Of a DNA stretch of 64,000 nucleotides, positions 49,388-59,238 are shown one piece after another; the stretch's first letter is position 1; every line of letters begins with the position of its first letter. The notes beneath the pieces are model-generated. The model saw only the letters and a list, made by a program, of their open reading frames with translations, was not told where the DNA came from and did not search any database. The stretch spans positions 1,102 through 65,101 of the IMG/VR virus record IMGVR_UViG_3300023174_000163. The stretch is one strand, 5' to 3'. This DNA comes from a virus (Duplodnaviria > Caudoviricetes). A program made the position numbers and the translations under genes.

Positions 49388-49416
49388 ATTCTACTATTTT
49401 AAACAATTATTGTAAA
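49388..49416 (-). promoter_or_regulatory. Leaderless sigma70-type promoter
   Basis: TTTACA-17-TAGAAT, 7 nt before ATG 49380. Confidence 0.55.
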
Positions 49417-49419
49417 TGC

Positions 49420-51411
49420 TTATTTAACATAAACTAGAATCTGAGCACCACTGCCTGCACCACCATTAGTTCTAGTGGAATTACCAAATGAGACGTTATT
49501 ATTGTAGGTTACACCACCGCCACCACCACCGCCGCCGCCATATACATTTGCAGAAGAACCATTGCCTGCAGGACCCATAGTATTTTGAGAGTTCATACTG
49601 CCACCGACTCCTCCTGCTCCACCATCAGGGGTTCCTCCAATTCCGCCGCTTTTTTGAAAGGGACTACCAGCAGGTCCTGGAGCAACAGTATTAAAAGAAC
49701 CACCAAAACCGCCACCACCGCCGCCACCAGAACCTCCCTGTAAATAAGAAGATATGTTTGCATCGTTTGAATTTATAGTTAATTGTGCAGTTCCACTACC
49801 ACCATCGCTATATCCATAACTGCCAGTACCACCAGACTTACCAGAAGAAGACACATCTGCGGTTCCAGTGTTAAAACTTACATTTCCTCCAGAACCACCA
49901 AGTCGACCGCCGCTAGAAGCCGCACCACCACTTGCCCCATTCAAAGTAAGGATATTTCCAAAAGTAGTATTTCCACCAGTGTTACCGCCAGTGTTACCTG
50001 AACCACCGTTTCCTTGGCTACCAATAGTTATAGAATAGATATTTCCAGGAGTTACGGTAATTTCTCGTAAAATAACTACTCCACCACTACCGCCACCTCC
50101 GCCAGCGGAAATATCGGTTTCTTCTGCACCGCCAGTGCCACCTCCGCCTCCTGCACCAATGCCTACAATTGCCATTGATGTTTTACCAGCAGGTACGGTG
50201 TAGTTACCAGAAGCATTGAATGTCTGTGATAGCGCATAAGCAAGAATTGGGGTAATTGAGTTAGAGGCTACCGAAGCTGTTGATGCGCCATAAGCATTAT
50301 TTGCAACTATTGTAAAGCTATAAGATGTATTTGCTGCAAAAGCACCAGTTACTGATAATGGAGAAGAAGTACTAGAAGTAGACAAAGAAATAGAAGGGCT
50401 ACTTGTTACAGTATAACTTGTAATAGAAGATCCACCGTTATTTCCTGCAGTAAATGGTATAGAAATAGTTGTTGCGTTTGTCACTGTAGCAGTTCCAATT
50501 GTAGGTGCTTGAGGAACAGTTGCTGCTGTAACTGAATTTGATACAGATGTTGCTAATGAATCACCATTAGCATTTACAGATTTTAATCTAAAGTTATACA
50601 AAGTACCAGAAGCTAGTCCTGATACTGTTAAAGGGCTTGTAGTCTGTGATGGAGAAAAAGCTGTGTAGGTTGTACCATCTGTTGAATACTTATAATTGGA
50701 AATCGTCTTGCCACCAGTTGCTCCTGCTGTAAATGTTAAAGAAGCTGTTGGCGTTGAACCATAAGCAATACCTGTTGTTGCTGTAGCTGTTCCAATTGTT
50801 GGTGCTTGAGGCAAGGTTGTTGTTGTTGCTGAGTTTGATGCAGAAGATGCCAATGCGTTACCATAACCATTTGTTGCTGTAACTGTAAATGTAGTTGATG
50901 TACCAACTGGAATATCTGTAACAACAATTGGTGAAGATGACCCTGATGCAGAATATCCTCCAGATGTTGATGTTGCTGTATAACTTGATGCAAGGCCTCC
51001 ACCAGCATTTGGTGTAAATGTAACACTTACTGCGCCATTATTGTATGCACGATTTGTTCCAACATCTGTAGATGTTCCAATTGTTGCAGATAAAGGAATA
51101 ACTCCAAGTTGTGACCAACCTGCTGATGTGTAAACTTCAATATATCCAGTTTCAGTATTTGAATAAATGTCACCCAAAGACGGTGATCCTGGTCTACTTG
51201 CAGTATTACCTTTTGAATATCCATTTGGTAATGTAACCCAAGATGTTGTTGTTCCGTTAGTTTGTAAAACTTTATTAGCAGAAGATGTTTGTAATGGTAG
51301 TAAAGCATTTAAAGCATTATCGGCAGATGTTTGTCCTGTTCCGCCCTCTGTTAAAGGAAGGGGGGTACCAAGATCAAGACCTGACTTTACTTTAAAATCT
51401 TTATCTGCCAT
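49420..51411 (-). CDS. Fibre/adhesin: KDFKVK N-terminus, 3 FN3-like repeats, Gly-rich C-terminus
   Basis: PQAPTIGTAT repeats; poly-Gly; ends GAGSGAQILVYVK. Confidence 0.8.
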   Translation of the reverse strand: MADKDFKVKSGLDLGTPLPLTEGGTGQTSADNALNALLPLQTSSANKVLQTNGTTTSWVTLPNGYSKGNTASRPGSPSLGDIYSNTETGYIEVYTSAGWSQLGVIPLSATIGTSTDVGTNRAYNNGAVSVTFTPNAGGGLASSYTATSTSGGYSASGSSSPIVVTDIPVGTSTTFTVTATNGYGNALASSASNSATTTTLPQAPTIGTATATTGIAYGSTPTASLTFTAGATGGKTISNYKYSTDGTTYTAFSPSQTTSPLTVSGLASGTLYNFRLKSVNANGDSLATSVSNSVTAATVPQAPTIGTATVTNATTISIPFTAGNNGGSSITSYTVTSSPSISLSTSSTSSPLSVTGAFAANTSYSFTIVANNAYGASTASVASNSITPILAYALSQTFNASGNYTVPAGKTSMAIVGIGAGGGGGTGGAEETDISAGGGGGSGGVVILREITVTPGNIYSITIGSQGNGGSGNTGGNTGGNTTFGNILTLNGASGGAASSGGRLGGSGGNVSFNTGTADVSSSGKSGGTGSYGYSDGGSGTAQLTINSNDANISSYLQGGSGGGGGGGFGGSFNTVAPGPAGSPFQKSGGIGGTPDGGAGGVGGSMNSQNTMGPAGNGSSANVYGGGGGGGGGVTYNNNVSFGNSTRTNGGAGSGAQILVYVK

Positions 51412-51422
51412 TTTTTTCTCCT

Positions 51423-53021
51423 TTAGAATGTATAAATAATTACTCTACCAGCGCCACCAGCGCCACCATTACCAGTTGCTCCACCAGAACCTGGAACTTT
51501 ATTTCCTCCGCCGCCTCCGCCGCCTCCAGGTGCCTCTCCAGCTCCACCACTTTGACCAGCTGCTCCAACGAATGCATATCCTCCGCCACGTCCACCAGCG
51601 CCACCTCTTGGTGTTCCAGCGTCTCCGCCGTTGCCTCCGTTATTATAACCAGTTTGTCCTGTACCTCCGCCGCCTCCACCGCCAGATGCACTCCAATCTG
51701 TTATTTGTGCATTTGATAATGTTAAACTATTAGCAATAATTCCTCCAGGTCCACCTGCATAACCACTAGTTCCTCCGCCTCCTGCTCCAGTTTGCGTAAC
51801 TGCACCAGCAATATTTGAATTAGCGGCTCCAGCTGCGCCTCCTGCGGAAACTAAAAGCACTGAGTTTGGAGAAGTAAGTGTAGTTGTTCCACCAGAAGCA
51901 GCACCAACTGCTATATTATAAACCTGCCCACCTGTAACTGAATAATCTTTAAATCCAACCAAAGAACCTCCAGAGCCTCCACCTCCACCTGCACTACCAT
52001 CTCCGCCAGCTCCAAATAACCAAGCAGCTATTTTGGTTGTTCCTGATGGAATCGTGTAAGACCCACTTGTATTTATTGTAGACGCTAAAGTATAAACACT
52101 TGTTGTTGTAATAGAGTTAGATGCGCTAGTTGCAGCAGAGACTCCATTAGCATTTGTTGCGGTTACTGTAAACGTATAGGCTGTTCCAGGAGATAATGTA
52201 GTAAATGTTATTGTTCCGCTACCTGCTTGACTTACTGTAGCAGTAATATTTCCTGGAGAAGATGTTGCTGTATAAGTTGTAATTGTTGAACCACCATTAT
52301 TTACAGGTGCAGTAAATGTAACAGTGGCAGAAGAGTTTCCTGTTGCTGTTGCTGTACCAATAGTTGGAACAGACGGCTTTGTAGTAATATAACTAGTTAA
52401 TTTATGAACATTTGTAGTGGTTGGAGATGAAACGCCAGGATTTGATACCATAAAAGTATAAGGTGCATATAACTCTGGTAGGGTTGCTGGTCTTGTAACT
52501 GTTATTGATGTTGAAGAAGACCTTGAAACGCTTCCAGTACGATCTACGCTATCTGTTCCAGTAAATGTTGCAACAACATCTGTTGCAAAATTTGTTCCAG
52601 TAACTGTTGTTGTATTTCCTGCAGTAGGCATTGCTGATGCAGATAAAGATGTTATTGTTGGTGCAGCCCCAAAATCTGTTGTGCTTGCTGCGGATAATGC
52701 AGAAATATAGCTAAGAGTAAACGTTAATGTATCGTTATTTGTAGCTCCATATATAACAACTGTATTAAATGCCTTAGTTGCAGTGATACTTGCTGGAGAA
52801 GATACTGTATTAACTGAGCCAGCATTTGTGCCATCTGCTGCAATTAAATAAATATCCATTGTAGTATCAGATGTTGAAGATGCTATATTATAAGATCCTG
52901 CTGGAAATGTTGTTGCAATGGTTGCTTTTTTATATCCAGATGAACCAGTGGTAATTTGAAAAGATGTTGCGCTTGTCGTACTTGATCCGCCTCCAGATAT
53001 GCTTGTATAACTTAATGCCAT
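51423..53021 (-). CDS. Adhesin-like protein: IPT + FN3 + Gly-rich C-terminus
   Basis: APTITSLS..TVTGTNF, PSVPTIGTAT, ends GGAGRVIIYTF; start at TAATG overlap 53021. Confidence 0.78.
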   Translation of the reverse strand: MALSYTSISGGGSSTTSATSFQITTGSSGYKKATIATTFPAGSYNIASSTSDTTMDIYLIAADGTNAGSVNTVSSPASITATKAFNTVVIYGATNNDTLTFTLSYISALSAASTTDFGAAPTITSLSASAMPTAGNTTTVTGTNFATDVVATFTGTDSVDRTGSVSRSSSTSITVTRPATLPELYAPYTFMVSNPGVSSPTTTNVHKLTSYITTKPSVPTIGTATATGNSSATVTFTAPVNNGGSTITTYTATSSPGNITATVSQAGSGTITFTTLSPGTAYTFTVTATNANGVSAATSASNSITTTSVYTLASTINTSGSYTIPSGTTKIAAWLFGAGGDGSAGGGGGSGGSLVGFKDYSVTGGQVYNIAVGAASGGTTTLTSPNSVLLVSAGGAAGAANSNIAGAVTQTGAGGGGTSGYAGGPGGIIANSLTLSNAQITDWSASGGGGGGGTGQTGYNNGGNGGDAGTPRGGAGGRGGGYAFVGAAGQSGGAGEAPGGGGGGGGNKVPGSGGATGNGGAGGAGRVIIYTF

Positions 53022-53527
53022 TATGATACTCTCCATCCATAAGTTGATCCAGTATAAATTAATACAACTGCTGCATTATTTGCATCTATGTCTAAATCTT
53101 GAACTGATCCATTTATTTTATTTGAATTTGAACTTACTGTAATTTTATTTGTTGCTGCTGTTCCAGTTACATCAAAAATATGAATTTCATCTCCAGATGA
53201 TGGTGATGCTGGAAGAGTCAATGTTCTTACAGCAGATGTGTCAACCATATAATTATTCCATTTAGAAAGTGTTATATTTGAGCTTACTGATACTGCCGAC
53301 CAAAGAGGGACGGTGGTTGATAATGAAGTTGCAGCATATGTAGTTCCAGCAGATGAATATAAAAATTCTCCAGAGTTGGGAGATGTTGTTGTTCCTGTCC
53401 CGCCAAATTGTGTTGCAATTGAAGAAGTTGAGTCTACATTTCCAGAAGCGTCGGAAACAAGGGGGCCAGCAGAAGTAATACCTGCTACCTGCAGCTTATT
53501 TTTAACCTTAAAATCTTTGTTTGCCAA
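53021..53527 (-). CDS. Short fibre/adaptor: KDFKVK N-terminus + TLPASP...YGWR domain
   Basis: N-terminus shared with 49420 and 59540 ORFs, C-terminus with 56679 ORF; TTG start; promoter TGGTATAAT at 53561-53569. Confidence 0.72.
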   Translation of the reverse strand: MANKDFKVKNKLQVAGITSAGPLVSDASGNVDSTSSIATQFGGTGTTTSPNSGEFLYSSAGTTYAATSLSTTVPLWSAVSVSSNITLSKWNNYMVDTSAVRTLTLPASPSSGDEIHIFDVTGTAATNKITVSSNSNKINGSVQDLDIDANNAAVVLIYTGSTYGWRVS

Positions 53528-53577
53528 TTTGGTTCACTATCCCCTTATTGATATAGGATAATTATACCAGAATTGTT

Positions 53578-54300
53578 TTAACGGTATTCTTTTGTCTGTC
53601 TATATTGGGTTTTATATGAGTCAAAGAAGCGTGTTCTAAGCTTTGTTGTAACTTTATTTGACTCTATCACGTTTTCATTCTTGCCAATAGCCATTTGCCA
53701 GTCTTCTCTTTGGAAAGGAATAACTTGAGCTACTGCTGTTCCAGCTGGAATAATTCCTTCGAAATTAATATCGTTAAGAACGAACGGGAAATTTACGGGG
53801 GCAGAATATGTATCTGTATCTACAATCCCTGGCAAAATATTAAAATCTGATGGTCTATGAAATGGTTGTACAAATAAAACTGAATATCCTGGTGGAGTCT
53901 TAATTGCCCATGGATTAATCCATTTAGGATATGACTCTTGGTGACCATTTCTATTTGGATGATTTGGTGCTTGCTCTACTGGGTGAAATTGAATCAGCCC
54001 AAAATTTGCCCACTCATACCATGGTCTCTTACCCATCGAATCACCGTTTTCATCAAATGTTTCTTTTTGTGACACATATACATCTGCTGGAGTTTTAATG
54101 ATATATCCTGCATTCATTACATCAAATACTGGCATACAACGCTTAATTGTTCCTGTTGTATTTCCATCCCCAGTTGGTTTTTTTTCTCCGCCAATATAAG
54201 ATTCTATATCTTTATACCAATCTGGTATATTTTTAAAAGCGGGTTCTGGAGGAAATATTTCTTCAATCCCCATCATATTTGTAAAAATTATATCTGCCAT
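53578..54300 (-). CDS. DUF6065-like (dUTPase-fold-like) protein
   Basis: IPDWYK, KRCMP, KWINPW.IKTPPGYS, PGIVDTD, NFPF, GTAVAQVIPF. Confidence 0.6.
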   Translation of the reverse strand: MADIIFTNMMGIEEIFPPEPAFKNIPDWYKDIESYIGGEKKPTGDGNTTGTIKRCMPVFDVMNAGYIIKTPADVYVSQKETFDENGDSMGKRPWYEWANFGLIQFHPVEQAPNHPNRNGHQESYPKWINPWAIKTPPGYSVLFVQPFHRPSDFNILPGIVDTDTYSAPVNFPFVLNDINFEGIIPAGTAVAQVIPFQREDWQMAIGKNENVIESNKVTTKLRTRFFDSYKTQYRQTKEYR

Positions 54301-54395
54301 TTTATATCCTTAAAGTAGAGTTATTCAATACTACTATAATAGCATTTTATATACTAGAATGTCTAGCATATATGAGAGACAGCATTTAATTTATT

Positions 54396-54722
54396 TTATT
54401 CTATTGGCTCTGGAAAATCAAATTCATCCCATGAAACTGTTTCTTCATTCCATGTATAGAATTTACCTTCTGTGACTGGCATAGCAATAGGTGCTTCCCA
54501 ATCTCCTGCTTCATTTAAAATCCAAGAAGGGAACGGCTTAGGAAGAATAAATCTTGTTCCGTCCCAAGTTCCACCAATTGCTGTTTTTTCTGTTGCAAGT
54601 ATAATGTGATCTAAACCAAATTCTGTTTTGAATTGATTTAATAGCTCTTCTGTTGGTTCATCAAATACTGCAACATTTGTTACATTGCCGTCTTTAATAA
54701 ACGCATAATTTGTTTCAGCCAT
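54396..54722 (-). CDS. Small acidic Trp/Pro protein, possible fibre assembly chaperone
   Basis: YAFIKDGNVTN, IGGTWDG, PKPFPSW, WEAPIAMP, YTWNEETVSW; own promoter TGATACAAT and SD. Confidence 0.6.
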   Translation of the reverse strand: MAETNYAFIKDGNVTNVAVFDEPTEELLNQFKTEFGLDHIILATEKTAIGGTWDGTRFILPKPFPSWILNEAGDWEAPIAMPVTEGKFYTWNEETVSWDEFDFPEPIE

Positions 54723-54778
54723 TTTAATACCTCCTAAAGTATCATTGTATCATTTATTTTATTTTTAAACACTACTTA

Positions 54779-55762
54779 TTATGTAAATAGTAATATGTAA
54801 GCTATTCCGCCTGAGCCGCTTCCTGGTCCACCAGGAGAGTTTCCTCCTCCACCACCGCCACCTGCGCCGTAACCAGAACCGCTATTTGCGTTAGTTCCAC
54901 CATTGCCACCATTAGCGCCACTACCGCCAGAGCCTAAGTTTCCTCCACCGCCGCCTCCAGCTGATGTGCCTCCTGAACCTAAAGAGCCTCCACCGCCACC
55001 TGCACCAGTAGATATATTATTTGAAATAGCACTATTTGTTCCAACTGTTCCTACACCGCCAGCACCTGCACCATTTGCTCCTGATCCTACACCACCTGTA
55101 GCGCTACCTGTACCACCTGCACCACCGCTACTATAATCGCCACCAGAATTAGAACCTTTATTTCCACCTGCAGCACTTAATACATTTCCAACAGATGTTG
55201 TTCCTCCACCATTATTACCTGCAATTCCTCCTGTACCAATAGCAATAGAAACGCTACCATTAAATGCAGTAAGAGAGTTTAATTTTCCAAAAACGCCAGC
55301 GCCTCCACCGCCACCGCCAGAGTTGCTTCCATTACCTCCGCCTCCTCCTCCGCCAAGAGCTACCGCATAGCCAGATCCAACAGTATTGAATGTTTGACTA
55401 TTTGTAAATGTGTATAATGTTGCACCTGTTGTTGATACAACTTCACTAGTGACATCTAAGTAAGACAATACTGTAGGAGTTGTTCCTGCTGATGCGCTTA
55501 CCATAAAAAATGATGGCACTCCAGTTAAAGAAATAATTACTCTTCCTAAAGATGTTGTCCCACTTCCAATAGAAGTATTGCTTGAACTAAATACAGTAAT
55601 AGTAAATGTGTTTGATTCTGGACCAACAAAAAGAAGTTTAGTTACACCAGAAGAAGCAATTGTGGTCCCAAAGCTAACCTTATATGTATTAGCGTCTGGA
55701 AGACTAACCCAGCTTGCTATATCTGTTGTAGTTGCTGAAAGTGTTGAATATTTTATTGGCAT
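54779..55762 (-). CDS. Glycine-rich adhesin-like protein
   Basis: MPIKYST N-terminus; poly-Gly; ends GSGGIAYIL. Confidence 0.75.
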   Translation of the reverse strand: MPIKYSTLSATTTDIASWVSLPDANTYKVSFGTTIASSGVTKLLFVGPESNTFTITVFSSSNTSIGSGTTSLGRVIISLTGVPSFFMVSASAGTTPTVLSYLDVTSEVVSTTGATLYTFTNSQTFNTVGSGYAVALGGGGGGGNGSNSGGGGGGAGVFGKLNSLTAFNGSVSIAIGTGGIAGNNGGGTTSVGNVLSAAGGNKGSNSGGDYSSGGAGGTGSATGGVGSGANGAGAGGVGTVGTNSAISNNISTGAGGGGGSLGSGGTSAGGGGGGNLGSGGSGANGGNGGTNANSGSGYGAGGGGGGGNSPGGPGSGSGGIAYILLFT

Positions 55763-56679
55763 TATCCTGGAACCCTAAGTATATAAACTACTCCTTGAGA
55801 ACCGTTTCCACCAGTTTGATTATTTCCAGTTCCACCAGCACCACCGCCACCATAACCAGATGCAGATCCTCCATTTCCAGATCCACCAGAACCAATTCCT
55901 GATCCAGCGCCAGCTGCTTGCATTGTACCTCCACCTCCGCCACCAGTAGTTCCTGATTTTACAAATGCGTAGGGTGAAGCTGTAGATGCACTTGGCCCTC
56001 CCGAATATCCTCCTGATCCACCATTACCTCCACCTGGTGATCCTCCACCGCCGCCTCCACCTCCATTGTTATTTGAAAGGTTTCCTCCGCTTCCGCCATT
56101 TGATGTTGCTATTGTACCAAAAATTGTTGCGTTACCAGAATTGCCTCCAGTATTTGTTCCAGCATTTCCAGCTGATCCAATAGTAATAGTTTGTGCTGAA
56201 TTTAATATTGTAAATCCAGTAGAAACTCCTCCTGAACCTCCACCAGAACCATAATTTCCTCCACCGCCTCCTCCGCCGCCTCCAACAACTACATAAAAAG
56301 CTGGCCCTGTATAGTTATATGTTTGTGAAGCTGTTATTGTATCTAACGTTCCGCTGAATCCAGAAGCAGATGCTGCAACAGCAGTTAGGGTTAATGTAAT
56401 TACTACGTTAGAACCAGTATCTGTCCAAAATCTAATACTTGTTGCCGCTGTTCCTAAAGTATAGCTAATTGTTCCACTAGATGTAGTTGTAGCACCAATA
56501 TATGTTGTTCCTGTCCAAAATTGTACATTAGTTACAGTTGAAGATGTACAAGTTATAGTATATGTTCCAACTGCAAAAGCACTTGTTGCAGTATAGTATG
56601 TACCTGCAGTTGCGGCTGTAACAGACGTGGCATTTACGCCAGAACTTGAAGCAGTAACTGTAGAGTATTTAATTGGCAT
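55762..56679 (-). CDS. Glycine-rich adhesin-like protein (paralog of neighbour)
   Basis: MPIKYST start at TAATG overlap; ends GSQGVVYILR. Confidence 0.75.
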   Translation of the reverse strand: MPIKYSTVTASSSGVNATSVTAATAGTYYTATSAFAVGTYTITCTSSTVTNVQFWTGTTYIGATTTSSGTISYTLGTAATSIRFWTDTGSNVVITLTLTAVAASASGFSGTLDTITASQTYNYTGPAFYVVVGGGGGGGGGNYGSGGGSGGVSTGFTILNSAQTITIGSAGNAGTNTGGNSGNATIFGTIATSNGGSGGNLSNNNGGGGGGGGSPGGGNGGSGGYSGGPSASTASPYAFVKSGTTGGGGGGTMQAAGAGSGIGSGGSGNGGSASGYGGGGAGGTGNNQTGGNGSQGVVYILRVPG

Positions 56680-57350
56680 TAACCCATTCTCCATCCATAC
56701 GTAGCTCCAGTATACACAAATATTGCTGCCACTCCATTTACATCTAGTGTTGCATCTTGTGTAACACCGTTTATTTTCCCGCCACTTATTACTGTTATAT
56801 TGTATGTTGCTGCTGTTCCTGTTGCATCAAGAATTTCAATTGCATCTCCAACTGCAGGGGATGCGGGTAATGTTAAAGATCTTGCAGATGTTGTAGTAAC
56901 TAAATATCTATATCCTGATACAAGAGTTTGATCTGTTGAAATAGCGCTAGATGTTATAGATGCTGGGCCTGTAGCTCCAGTTGTACCTTGTGTTCCCGCC
57001 GTTCCTTGTGTGCCCTGAGAGCCAACAGTTCCCTGTGTGCCTTGAGAACCAACAGATCCTTGAACTCCCTGTGTACCATTTGTACCCTGAGTTCCTTGAG
57101 AACCTACTGTACCTTGAGAACCAACTGCTCCCTGTGAGCCTGTCGAACCCTGTGTGCCAAGCGTTCCTTGTGTGCCAGTTGCACCCTGTGCGCCAGTTGT
57201 ACCTTGTGCTCCAGTTGTGCCCTGTGCGCCTGTCGAACCCTGTGTGCCAAGCGTTCCCTGGGTTCCAGTAGTTCCTTGTGCGCCAACAGTTGAGGCGGTG
57301 CCAACAGTCTGCCAAGCACTTCCATCCCATACTTTAATTAATTTAGCCAT
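56679..57350 (-). CDS. Collagen-like short fibre with TLPASP...YGWR C-terminal domain
   Basis: Gly-X-Y run (GTQ/GAQ/GSQ); 29-nt duplication at about 57139 and 57229. Confidence 0.8.
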   Translation of the reverse strand: MAKLIKVWDGSAWQTVGTASTVGAQGTTGTQGTLGTQGSTGAQGTTGAQGTTGAQGATGTQGTLGTQGSTGSQGAVGSQGTVGSQGTQGTNGTQGVQGSVGSQGTQGTVGSQGTQGTAGTQGTTGATGPASITSSAISTDQTLVSGYRYLVTTTSARSLTLPASPAVGDAIEILDATGTAATYNITVISGGKINGVTQDATLDVNGVAAIFVYTGATYGWRMG

Positions 57351-57565
57351 TAGTTACCTCCTAGAAGTAGTTGGGCTTCTTCTGCTGTAATGCCTAGACG
57401 GGCAAGGAGTGCTGCTTTATCGGTGGCTGCTTTTGCTTCGGCAGCCTCAATCGCTTCTCGTTCTGCTACTTCTTTAGCAAGTTGTGTTAGCTCTGCCTCG
57501 TTCATATTGCGCATAGTTTCTTCGCCTGTTTCGGCATTGACTATTTTAACTTGTGGTGTTGTCAT
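57350..57565 (-). CDS. Small helical protein, possible fibre chaperone
   Basis: NAETGEE..R.M...E; KAALLARLGITAEEAQLL. Confidence 0.6.
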   Translation of the reverse strand: MTTPQVKIVNAETGEETMRNMNEAELTQLAKEVAEREAIEAAEAKAATDKAALLARLGITAEEAQLLLGGN

Positions 57566-58302
57566 TAGTTCACTCCATAAATCTTGACTGTTCCACCAGT
57601 AAAGTTACCGCCAGAGTCATTGTTTAACTCAAAACTTGAAATTGCGGCAGTTAGATTTGTTGCACCAAAATTTGATACTCCTAAAGGCTCTATTTGTGAA
57701 GCCATTTTGGCAATACCTACAAGATGAAATGGCTTGCGGGCTGCTGCATCGGTGTAATTATAAATTGTTAATGCATAATCATTAACTGCGCTACTTGCTG
57801 AGTGTCCTGCATAACCTGGACTAATATAATCAGGATTAGCACTTTCCGCTACTGCTCCTCTGAGACTTGTATAATTGTTAGCAGTAGAAGCATTAGGTTT
57901 TAATTTCAATGTGTATGTTCCCGTTGTAACTGTTAAACCAGTAATCAAAATATAGAGATTAGTATAACTTTGGGAAATGCTGGATATTGTAATAGTAGCA
58001 GCACCAGTTAAAGTTGTAGTGCTAAGTAAAGTCATACTGCCACTAGTAGGTGTTGTCCAAGCAGGCACACCACCAGCAACATTTAATACCTGACCAGTGC
58101 TTCCAATACCTAAACGAGCAGGTGTATTCGCACCTGATGCATAAATAATATCGCCAGTTGTAGTAGTAAGTGTTTTTTGAACATATTCAGTATGTGGATT
58201 AGATGCGGCGGAATGATTAGAAATAGCAGTAGCTACTTCAACATCTGTCCCCAAAACTGAAGATGCTGTTAATATACTTGCTAGATCTCTAACTCTAGAC
58301 AT
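57565..58302 (-). CDS. Fibre-like virion protein
   Basis: MSRVRDLA N-terminus; TTTGDIIYASGANTPARLGIG block; ends GTVKIYG. Confidence 0.7.
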   Translation of the reverse strand: MSRVRDLASILTASSVLGTDVEVATAISNHSAASNPHTEYVQKTLTTTTGDIIYASGANTPARLGIGSTGQVLNVAGGVPAWTTPTSGSMTLLSTTTLTGAATITISSISQSYTNLYILITGLTVTTGTYTLKLKPNASTANNYTSLRGAVAESANPDYISPGYAGHSASSAVNDYALTIYNYTDAAARKPFHLVGIAKMASQIEPLGVSNFGATNLTAAISSFELNNDSGGNFTGGTVKIYGVN

Positions 58303-58373
58303 TTATTCTCCTTTTTATTCCCGCATTTTTTTATTTAAATTGTTTTATAAGTCTTTTAGTCAAATGTTGAATT

Positions 58374-58619
58374 TTATAAACCTAGTGCTGTTTTTAATTC
58401 ATCAAGAGTTAAACCAGCAGCAGCCAATTTATCTGCCACGGTTGGCTCAACAAAAGGTGCAGGGATGTGCGCCGCAACAAGTGATAAAACTTCGGCCTCT
58501 GTTTTATCTGAATCAATAATTAAATCATTACCATTGACACGCACAGATAGGGCTCCAATTTCGGCCTGTAATTGGTCTCCGTTTAATTGCTCTGGTATTG
58601 GTAGTTTATATGTATTCAT
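58374..58619 (-). CDS. Small protein, possible fibre chaperone
   Basis: LNGDQLQAEI; PTVADKLAAAGLTLDELKTAL. Confidence 0.6.
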   Translation of the reverse strand: MNTYKLPIPEQLNGDQLQAEIGALSVRVNGNDLIIDSDKTEAEVLSLVAAHIPAPFVEPTVADKLAAAGLTLDELKTALGL

Positions 58620-58620
58620 C

Positions 58621-59238
58621 TTATGCTCCTAAGTAAGCCCAGGTACAATTTGAGTTTGTAACACCTGGATAATAAGCTCGTGATACGCCTGTATTCTGCC
58701 AAGCGTAAGTTTCGTAATAATCTCCTACTACAGCATCTACTATGCCAGCAAGCGTGAAACCATGACCTCCGCCAGTTGTGCCGTTAGCAAACTGCGAAGC
58801 GTATTTTAATTGTGATCCATTTTTGTAAATTGAAATGCGTGAATTAGCCCATCCGTTATAGCCTTCATAATCAAGAGTGATAGTAAATAAATATTTTCCA
58901 GCTTTCCCTGATGGTATTGTAAATCTTGTATTATTAGTGCTTGTGTCATGATAACTATTTGTATCCCATTCCTCTTGAGGATAAGGTATGGCGGTCCACG
59001 TATTGCTTGCTACGGTTACAGTGCCGTTATTTGATAATGATGCTCCTGAATAAGCTGAACCGCTTGAAGGCGTAGCCCAACTTGGCAATCCCGATGCTAC
59101 TGTCAAGACTTGTCCAGCAGTTCCTATACCTAGCCTAGCAGATGTATTGGCAGCAGAGGCATAAAGAGTATCACCTGTTGTTGTTAATTTTGTTTCTTGA
59201 ATACCTGAAAAAGGTACTGGATAAATACTTGAACTCAT
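58621..59238 (-). CDS. Fibre-like protein with C1q-like head
   Basis: TTTGDTLYASAANTSARLGIG block; EEWDT..YH, RFTIP..KAGKY, VGDYYE. Confidence 0.7.
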   Translation of the reverse strand: MSSSIYPVPFSGIQETKLTTTGDTLYASAANTSARLGIGTAGQVLTVASGLPSWATPSSGSAYSGASLSNNGTVTVASNTWTAIPYPQEEWDTNSYHDTSTNNTRFTIPSGKAGKYLFTITLDYEGYNGWANSRISIYKNGSQLKYASQFANGTTGGGHGFTLAGIVDAVVGDYYETYAWQNTGVSRAYYPGVTNSNCTWAYLGA

